Positions 54,565 to 64,000 of a DNA stretch of 64,000 nt are shown here, in pieces. The notes beneath the pieces were generated by a model. The model searched no databases. It saw nothing but the letters and a program-made list of their open reading frames with translations, and had not been told where the DNA came from. Origin of the DNA: Paramecium tetraurelia (taxonomy: Eukaryota); the NCBI GenBank assembly GCA_000165425.1, contig CT868010.1:186001-250000 (forward strand), written 5' to 3'. Within the stretch, counting starts at the first letter, position 1. Every line of letters begins with the position of its first letter. The position numbers and the translations under genes were made by a program.

Positions 54565-55182
54565 TCATTAATTAGTTGCTCTAGATAATACATCGTAAAA
54601 TTAATCCTTTGTCACATACCCTTAACTAACAATGATATTTCAAAGTATTCTACCTTGGGTTTTTGCTATTCGCTTCTTGAATCATTAACTTTAATTCATC
54701 ATCTGACATGGTTTCTCCTAATTCAAGAGCTACTTTTTTTAAGTTTTCAAAAGTAATGAAATTGTCATTGCCCTGAGAAAATAGATGAAAAGCCCTTTCT
54801 ATTTCTTCTTGAGATTCCTTGGCATTCTAGAGTTTTTTAGTAAACATTAATGCATACCATCTTCTCTGTCATTATCTAAAGAAACTCATTGAAATCAATA
54901 GTGTTTTTATTTTCCTTTGAATCATTGTTGTTGTTGAGGTTTTATTTGAGGTTTTAGATTTCTTCCTTGCCTGGTTCGAAGCCTAAAGCACGCAAGGCAA
55001 CTTTTAATTCTTTCTCATCAATAGTGCCTATAAGGGATAAAATAATTATAACAACCTGATCCATCGACATCGAATAAGTCAAAAGCTTCCTTAATATCCT
55101 TCTTTTACTTTTCACTGAGCTCTTAACGGAATGAATGACCTGCCTTTGCTTTCCGTTATCCTTTTTTTGCTTTTCCCTACAT
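54565..55182 (-). CDS. Divergent centrin (EF-hand)
   Basis: [59 protein letters not shown]; three introns. Confidence 0.9.
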
Positions 55183-55358
55183 TTAATTTATTATTAATAT
55201 GATGATTATAAGCAATATTGATAAGTTTGACAAAGAAATTTTTTATAACAAAACATATATATGGTTATAATTAATAAATAAATCTTTTAGGAACCCAGAA
55301 ATTTCCAATTCTTGTTTTTTAACAATATCCTAACAATTAGCAATAATCAATAATTATT

Positions 55359-56406
55359 ATGGCAGAATTACCAAAATCTTATTTAGGAGCACAAGTTATT
55401 GAACCTGGAAAACCAATAAAAGTCAATGAAGTCCAGACTCCTGAATTGCACTAGGGCGAAGTATTGATAAAAGTGGAGGCAGCACCAATTGATTAACTTG
55501 ATCTTGTGAGTGCTGGACCTGTTAATTATATGCATAAACAATATCCTTTTGTGCTTGGAGCAGAAGGTTCAGGTGTAATTGTGGCTAAACAGTATATACT
55601 ATCATTCATATAAGTGAGTCGGTATAGAATCTAGAGATAGGACAGAAAGTATCATTTCTAACGCTTTCGTAATTCGGAGCATATGGATAATATGCAGTGG
55701 CTCACATTTCCTTGGTGTTGCCTCTTCCAGAGAACCTGAGTTTTGAGTAAGGTGCCTCAGCCATTGGAAATCCAGTCACAGTGATGTTGATGTTGGAGGA
55801 AGCAAAAGAATTGAAAGCCAAGGCTGTCATTAACACTGCTGCAGCCTCATCCTTAGGTAGATAGTTGCTTAGATACTTTTAAAATAATGGAATTGAAGTA
55901 ATAAATATCATCAGAAGAAAAGAATAAGAAAATACCTTAAAATAAGATGGAGCCAAATATATTCTCAATTCATCAGATCCAAACTTTTTCAAAGATTTGG
56001 AATAATTGATAGCTTAGTTGAAGTATTCAATAGGATATATTAATTTAGTGTATCTCTCTTTTTTGATGCAATCGGAGGAGAAATCACAGGCTAAATCTTT
56101 AAATTACTTCCAAGTGGGTCAGTGACATTAATTTATGGAATGCTGTCAGGCAGTAATTTCGAAATAGATGCAAAAGAAGTCCTTCTAAGAGGGAAGACCA
56201 TCAAAAACTTTAGTTTATTAACAACTAAACATGCTTTCAATCCTATTTCAAATAAAGAAGCATTAGAAAAACTCTATGAACTATTACAAACTCAACTACA
56301 GACTCATTACCATAAATAATATACCTTAGATCAAATCAATGAAGCATTAGAAGATTAAAGGCAAAATGGATCAATAGGCAAAGTCTTAATACGTCCAAAT
56401 AAATGA
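55359..56406 (+). CDS. MDR-superfamily NADPH:quinone oxidoreductase-like protein
   Basis: GEVLIKVEAAP, YPFVLGAEGSGVIV, NTAAASSLGRQL, FDAIGG, GKVLIRP. Confidence 0.9.
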
Positions 56407-56659
56407 ATATGATTCTGAATAATAGAATTGCATATCCTAAATTATTTATTCGATTAAAATAATTAGGCCTAATCTAGTTAGGATCTACTTTACCTAAGTT
56501 TTCATATTAATTACTAAAATTATAATTTATTTCTTAAAATGAGGATACTGCATTTTAATACAGACATTAATAATCACTTTTTAATGTCATGTATGTTCTT
56601 ACATACTTACCAATCAAATACTTATTAAATAATAGAATTATAAGAATAATATAAGAAAA

Positions 56660-57391
56660 TCACAATTCACTAAGTTGTAATATTTTTCTAGGTCTGACTT
56701 TTGGAACAGGTCTATCTATTACCTAAACTATTTGCTCTTCCTTAGGATCCTTAGTCTCTTAAACACCTAATATTTTTCTTTCGAGAGCTCTTAGAAATAT
56801 TTAGCTTAATTTTCCTGGAACCTATCTTGCTTTTAAACATTATTCAATTTTAGACACATTTGTTTAAGACACTGTGTCGAAATTACTTGAAAACGATATT
56901 GATTCAGATTCTAATTTATTTTACGTCAGAATTTAATCGATAAGTTCATTTTCAATTGATTTAGATGGAACAGCTGGTTATTGAATAACAACTTATGATA
57001 TTGGTGTATTATTATTCTCATTTATATTTTCTCGCTTAATCTCAACAACTTGCTATTCTTTTTCCTTCTAATTCTCCTCTTACTCAGGGATGGCACAATT
57101 CTTTTCTTCACTTTTCTCTAATTCTATCACTTGTTAGTCATTAGTTGGCACATTTTCTTCTTAATTTACAACTTGAAATATAGGATTTTTATTCGAATTA
57201 TCTATTTATTCTTCCCTATTGTCCTTGCCCTTATTTTCCAAGCAATCATCGACATTTTCTACTATTTCCTCTTCATAAATATGACTTATTCTTTTTTTAA
57301 CTTCTTATATGCTTTTTCTATAAGAAACCCCATTTACTAATCCTAGAGATGATTATTCATGCCTTCTTTAGCTACAACAATCTTATCCCAT
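56660..57391 (-). CDS. Acidic hypothetical protein with MGQDCC N-terminus
   Basis: Code-6 ORF MGQDCCSQRR...RPVPKVRPRKILQLSEL*. Confidence 0.7.
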
Positions 57392-57852
57392 TTTCTAATA
57401 TTTTAATTAAATTTATTAACATTACAAGATTTACCAATTGCCATAATAATATTGAGAACGCGAAAGAAATGGAACCTTAGGATTGTTAAGTAACTCTATT
57501 CTGATATAAATGGCTAGTTACTTAATGAATAAAAATAATAACAATTAGATTCTAATCAACATGATACAAATATCGGGTATAATTAAAATTCTAATGAATA
57601 TTAGTTGGAATTAATATAAATGTTAGGTTTCCTATAAGTAAATCAAAAATTTATGAATTCACGTTATATTGAATACTGAACATTTTAATTCCTGATTATT
57701 TGATTGATTAATTATGACTGAGTTAATTAGAATAAGTATTCAAAATCTAATAATACATATTATTAATCCTTTAATTAAGATTCTTGAATTAAAAAATGAA
57801 GTATTAACATATTTCATTGCACATAATTTATTATAAATCTTACATTTTAAAA

Positions 57853-59515
57853 ATGATGTCATCACATAACCAAGAATAATTGGTCCGATCTAGAGTTTAA
57901 ATCCTAATGGTTAACTTAAACATCGCCTTAGGGTCATTAAATATTGGGTATGTTGTTACATACTTGACATTGTCCATTGATACGCTATTCGCAGTACTGT
58001 AAAAGCCTATTCTTTGAATTTAGAGACATTAATGAGGAGGAAAAAACAGAAAAACTTAGTCTGCTTGCTGGGATACTTCCATTAGGTAACGTAGTTGGAG
58101 TGTTTGTTGGCTATTTACTTAAATAAAAGTTTACAAACAAACAATGTCTCCATATAGCCGATCTAATAGGAATAACTAGTTTATTAGCGGTTATCTCAAA
58201 CTACTATCTTATTGTTGTCATAAGATTTATTCTCGGAGTCTCGAATGGAATATCAAGCTATTTGATGCCAGTTTACATAAAGTCTATCTGTCCATAATAA
58301 TATTTTGGTTAGTTTAGTATGTTTATTGGATATGGAATAAATACAGGATATGCCATAGGTTAATTAATGGGGATTGGTTATATAGAGTATTTAAATAAAA
58401 TATACTGTTTTAGATACTCAGGACCATCTTCGAATTGGTGGAGAGTAGTTTTTTTGTTCCCGACGGTTATATGCGTCATTCGTTCTTGCATAATGCACTT
58501 TCTTTACAATTATGACAGTCCTGAATAATTGATAAAGAGGGGAAACTTAGAACAAGCAAAATATGTAATTTAGCATTAATATTTAAGGTGATTTGTTAGA
58601 TCTATAAAGATTAATATGTAGATGAATAATTTGAAAGGTACAAAATATTGGCTGCTTAATTATAATTATAAAATAATTAATCATTTTATCACATTTTTGA
58701 AAGAAAGAAACTAATTACTTTATAGACTGGGATTATATCGGTATTTCGTAACTTAATAATTAGATGTTAGTTTAAATATGGTGTGGAGTTTTTGCAGTCT
58801 TCTATTACAGTGCTTAAATCTTTTCGGATATGACAAATGATGATGTAGTTTAGAAAACCATATATACTTGTTGTTTAGGATTATCAGGATTTGTGTCTCA
58901 GTTTTTTACAATATGTATGGTCAATAAATTGGGGAACAAATATATCTTAAGTATTAAATTCTACTATTCAAAAGTGATTGGATCTTTTGTAATTGGGTCA
59001 CTCAATTTAGCTGTTTCCATCCTATCAAAACACGCTTCAGAAGGAAATGACGTTACTATTTTTGTTCTCTTATTACTCTTAATAATGACCTTTGGTTCGA
59101 CGCTAGGTCCTGCAGCTTGGGTATTGATATTTAATTTACATATCATTAGAGCATTGTACCACAACTAAATGACTGTGAAGGAACCTTTCTTGCCACAGAA
59201 CTCCGATGGGCATTCTAAGCTATTGTTGTATTTTGCTATCCTTTTATGGAAAAGAATCTTAATATATTTGGATCCTTCTTATTGTTTGCTATTATTGACT
59301 ACATGTATTTCATCTATTGTCATTTCTTCTTAATAGATGGCAGAGGGAAAACCAACAATGAACTAATAGCAGCCTATCATAAAAAATTTTCCTATCCAGT
59401 TGTTCCAATAACAAATGAATAATCAGAAAATCTACAATCAGATTTACAGTCAAGACAAAATTTACAATAACCTAACTAATAATAAGGTAACTTTACTAAT
59501 CAAAGAGAACTATGA
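57853..59515 (+). CDS. MFS sugar-porter family transporter
   Basis: LGSLNIGY, RFILGVSNG, WWRVVFLFP, DSPEQL, GSTLGPAAW, DGRGKT; about six micro-introns. Confidence 0.88.
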
Positions 59516-59954
59516 TTAACTAATATAATATAATTCTATTGAATAATTTGCATTTTATTGGTGCAGAATAATAATATATCCTAATTGAATATTTAAAGGG
59601 TCTAGTTTCTTTAATTTAATATAGTATTAATCACCTACACTCTAAATCATTCCACATCTACTATTTTTTATTATTGATTATTCTCATAAAATAGAATAAA
59701 TATTTATTTGAACACTTAGATTATGAAATCTTTATCACATTTCAATATTTTTTATTCTATGCCATAATTCTTTAATAAATTACTAATTTCTAATTAAATA
59801 TAACATAATTAATACAATTATGCGTTAATTTTATAGATATAATTGTCTGATAGGTTGTTTAAATAAAAAAAGTCTTCCCATAAATTTGTATTTTATCATT
59901 CTTTTCAGATGACTAATCAAATATAATTATTAATACGATATAATTAAATATTCT

Positions 59955-60722
59955 ATGATTGGTGTTTTAGATATCGGAAGGATTTAAGAGTAAAGAGATA
60001 AATAGAAAATTCCTCCCAAAATAAAAGAAAAAACCCATGTCTCAACTGAAAGATTACGGAAACTTGATGTCAAGGATATACCTCTATGTGCAATTTGTTG
60101 TTTATACATGACGGAGAATTTGGCTGCTTTAGTTCCTTGTGGGCATACTTTTCATCAAAAATGTTTAAAACAGTATTCAAAACTAGAATGTCCCATATGT
60201 AGAAAATAGAATTAATAATCAATCCTTCTACATTTTTCAATAGAATTAAATAAAAGTCAAAGCCAAGAAATGAAATAGAATAAATAAATTTAAAATAAAG
60301 CACCTAATTAATATAATAAATAAAATTAGGAGATCAATAAGCTTAAAGATTTAATTAATAAAGGAAAACAATCGATTGATCTTTGTATTTCTTAAAGCGC
60401 AATTTCCTAACAAAATGATACAATTTAAAATTAAAGACTTAAATCTTGTGAGCTTCAACTCAAAGAAATCAGCAAAACTCTAATGGACATTAGAAACTTA
60501 ATGGATAACGGTGAGAATTCAGAGAGATAAATAAAAAAAGAATAAACTCTGCCCTAATTGGTATAGAAATTCAACAAAACTGAACAATCAGGATTTCACC
60601 CTAATAATAATGATCGTTATGCTAAATTTGACCCCTTCACTAAAATGCTTAATATAGGCTAACCATCAAGGAGCAATTAATTTGAAAATCCTCCGAGAAA
60701 TAATAACTATGTTAAAAAGTGA
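59955..60722 (+). CDS. RING-H2 finger plus coiled-coil protein (TRAIP-like architecture)
   Basis: CAICCLYMTENLAALVPCGHTFHQKCL...CPICRK; TGA 60720-60722. Confidence 0.85.
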
Positions 60723-60784
60723 ACAATATTAATACAAATGATATAAATCAATAAAACAATATTATTATCATAATTATATTCTAA

Positions 60785-61230
60785 ATGGAACCACATAAAT
60801 AATATTGTAAAATCTCAAAGTAGGATAGAAGGTAAATTATACATGAGGTTCTTGTAAATAAGAAATTAATACTGGAAGTAATTCGTTAGAGTCATCATAG
60901 GTTGCAAGAGAATTCAAAGTTTTGCCTTCAACTTGCAAATCCATAATAAATACATACATTAAAGAGGGGAGGATTGGCAAAAAAGAGAGAAGAATAAGAA
61001 AACTGAAAAAAGTAACTGCTATTTACACCATTACATTAAACCCATTAAATCCACTTTCCTCAACCATCACTACTGAATGCGAAATTGCTGAAGTAGAGTA
61101 ACCGTCTCTCCAAAGCAATTTCTAATAATAAGAGCTTCCTTAGAAAAAACCATTTGATTTTCTGAGTTTATGGACTGAAAACTACGTTCAAGATTACAAA
61201 AAGTACAAGCTTGGTGCAAAATATCATTGA
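60785..61230 (+). CDS. Small helix-turn-helix (paired-like/psq-type) DNA-binding protein
   Basis: YCKISKQDRRQIIHEVLVNKKLILE|VAREFKVLPSTCKSIINTYIKEGRIGKK; one 23-nt intron. Confidence 0.75.
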
Positions 61231-61277
61231 AACTTTATTGTAATAATATAACACATATAGTAAATTCTAAAAAGTTC

Positions 61278-62259
61278 TCAATATTTTTATTTTTGAAGCA
61301 AGTTCATTTTTCTATCAAATTCCTCTTTCAACTAGTTCTTCCTCTTGTCGACCATTACTCTTATTTCCCTTTCCTATTGCTACAACAACTGCTTCTCCCT
61401 TCTAAAATAATAAAATTAAATGATTCTTACATCATTTAATCTAACTTATTCATTTTATATTCAGTCATAGATTTTTTCATATTCAAATTCTATTCAAACC
61501 TTGCCTTTGCATAATCTGCATTTGATAATCCATTTTCTAAGGATGCTTTTTGAGAAAATAATTTGTTGTTTAATTTCCTCTCATTTTCTATTTAAATTTG
61601 CTATGACAATGAATCCTTTTAATTCAATTTATTCATAGTTTTATATATTCTTTCATTTAAAATATCTTAGGCCTTTTTATAATTTGAATCATTCAATTCT
61701 TATTTGATTTAAAAACTCATTGATTTTTCAAGTTATTTTATATTCTTTTCACTTTGCAATTATGATAAGTATTGGTCCTTACGTGTTTATTAATAGTTAA
61801 AATAATTTATCTTATCTTAGTGAATTTAATTTGCCTTTGTAATTGCCTAATCAACTGAGTCTCTTAGATGAAGACTTCTTAAAGTAGCTTACTCTTCCCT
61901 TTTTATTTTGGCTTCTTGTAAAATCTATTGATGCTTTTACTCTTAATTAAACAATCTCTATTCAAGACTCTGAAAATTAATTTCTTAATTACTTTGTTCT
62001 TCATCGTTAGAGATTCATCATATTTTTCCCTGATTGTTGACAATTCTAGTTACTTTAATCGAGCTTAAAATTCACGTGCCTATTTCATTTCTGACCTTTA
62101 ACCAAGTATGATTGATTCTTTCTGTTTCATTCTAAATTCTTTCTCTTTGTTTTTTTCAGTTACATCATTTTGTAGCTCCAGATATTTTATAAATTATGAT
62201 AGTTCTTTGTCCTACTTGATTAATTGTCTTGAGTAATTTTATTCCTCTATTTTTAACAT
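61278..62259 (-). CDS. Coiled-coil hypothetical protein
   Basis: MLKIEEQNYSRQL... E/K/Q-rich heptads; ends RKMNLLQKQKY*. Confidence 0.65.
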
Positions 62260-62285
62260 TCAATATATATATTAATAATAATAAA

Positions 62286-62767
62286 TCATATTGTATTAAA
62301 TAATTCTTTTAATCTGCCGTCTTTGTGCATTTTCATTATGTTTTCGGTTCCACCAAGTAACTCTTATTTAACATACTAATTAATTATATTACTACAGCAA
62401 TACCAATTATGGGAATGTTGACCAATTTGAATATATCTTGATTTCTTATCTCATCAAATCGTCAGGAAGGACATCAACAGAATGATAATTTTAGACTTAG
62501 TAAAATTCAAGAATCTAAACAGCATAATACGAAAATCCACACCTTGGTTGGGCTGGAGTTCCCTTCATGAATAACACAACTTAGTTTGATTTTATGATCT
62601 ACAAAATACTTCAATCAATTTACATTATCTATTTCCTTATGTTTCTATTAGATCTATTCTTGCATGCTTTATGGCTAAGCCTTTTGTTATGGCTAAACGT
62701 CTTGATCAGAATGATCGTGATTGTGATTGTGATCGTGATTATTGTTAAGCTAAGAGGGTGAAGCCAT
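62286..62767 (-). CDS. GRX5: Monothiol CGFS glutaredoxin (Grx5-like)
   Basis: VVLFMKGTPAQPRCGFS, IKIYSNWSTFPQLYV, LGGTE; two introns; true start uncertain. Confidence 0.85.
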
Positions 62768-63169
62768 TATTTTTTACTAAAGAATTAAAGTATTCTTAAT
62801 ATCTGCTTTGAAATTCTTTAAATGATTCTTAAATTTAAATACAAAAAAGTATCTTACTTTGATTTAGATAAACTATTCCTAGAAATTTCATAATTATTAA
62901 CCTATTAAATTCTTTCCCTAGTAATATTCTTAATATTTACAGTATTTAGATGATATTTAATTCAATTTCTATCAGGATCTTACAAATATAAACAGGATTA
63001 TTCTAAAAATCTTACAATGTCACTATTTTAATGCTTTAAGTGCTTTAGTTTGTGTAATTATTTTTGAAATATAGAAATGGTATGTTTAAGTTGGAATCAA
63101 ATATATAACTATATGAGATGAAGAATAAAGATTAAATTTAGTTTATAAAATATATTTATTAAGCTGTTG

Positions 63170-63775
63170 TCATTCAAACTAATTATTTATACTGTTCGAT
63201 TCTAGATTTCTATAATGATATTTGAATGTATACCAGATATTGTATTGAAAGATCTTGCTACTTAAATAGGCTTTCTCCTTAGGATATTGCTTTTTGTTTC
63301 TATTTTTTTTCTTCAATTAATTAATTCATAACAGTTTAAATTTCTACTCTTAATATAAGCATATATTAATTTACTCTAGATTCTTTTATTCCTTAATGTT
63401 TTAAGCATCAGCATCATCCACCAAGGAGTCAACTAGATTATTAATATTCTGCATCTTAGGACAAGGAACAGAACATGATCGAATATGAAAAAATTTATGA
63501 GTAGTTTTGGTTTTATGTTTCTCTTTAATCATTTCAGCAGCAGTAATACATTATTGAATAAGTTAATAAGTGGGATTATTACAAATGTGCAGAGATTAAT
63601 GAGTGTTAATAAAACTTTGGGTATGTCTCCCTTACTTTCTGATCAATTTTATAGGAGATGGCTAAATATCCTTAGTAACTATCATATGCTATGATTTGCA
63701 AACTGATTTGTACTAGCCATTTAGATTTTTGAGTTATAATTCAGGGTTTACTGAATGTCTCTTTTTAATTTGCAT
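63170..63775 (-). CDS. Hypothetical basic protein
   Basis: MQIKKRHSVNPEL...NSINNQFE*; one micro-intron. Confidence 0.65.
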
Positions 63776-63811
63776 AAGTTAATGTTATATTATTTTCTAA
63801 TAAATTTATTT

Positions 63812-64000
63812 TCAAGATCTTTTGCCCCCAATTCCTTCCCAAAATGCCTGCATATTCAGTTTCCATTCTCCACTGATGTCAAATTCCCTCATCAAATAAT
63901 ATTGTTCCTGCAATGTTAAATTGAACCCTAACTCTTACAACCCAGCAGCAAGTTCCTCAAACTCAATCTGGCCTTTCAATTACTTGTCAAGTTTCCTAAG
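63812..64000 (-). CDS. 3' end of an EF-hand protein (partial)
   Basis: LRKLDKQLKGQIEFEELAAGLQELGFNLT...MREFDISGEWKLNMQAF...GGKRS*. Confidence 0.75.

Overview
AT-rich, gene-dense eukaryotic DNA from a ciliate somatic (macronuclear) chromosome, very probably Paramecium. Evidence: TAA/TAG read as Gln and only TGA stops (translation table 6), 20-35 nt GT-AG introns, intergenic gaps often 20-100 nt, a trichocyst matrix protein and a Paramecium-type histone H3. The supplied ORF track uses the wrong genetic code, so I re-translated genes by eye; coordinates are manual. About 40 protein genes are present: ZnT, TRM7, V-ATPase c'', Rab1, Sec63, TMP, PDI, GST, HMG-box, two CDP-alcohol phosphotransferases, cyclophilin H, Unkempt-like, SRP40, CCDC61/VFL3, H3, PEX11, UFD2, centrin, MDR oxidoreductase, sugar MFS, Grx5 and others. 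There is also one tRNA-Lys(UUU), a clear arginase pseudogene and three genes with single-base frameshifts. Best candidates for something undescribed: (1) two tandem 68-69 nt tRNA-like, Pol III-style elements at 45851-45918 and 46654-46722 (minus strand), with compensatory acceptor-stem changes and an intact T arm but no proper anticodon arm; (2) a 95-nt TRM7 intron that becomes a canonical 26-nt intron if a TA-bounded, IES-like 69-bp segment is removed; (3) a stop/start ATGA overlap between two co-oriented genes at 16202-16205.
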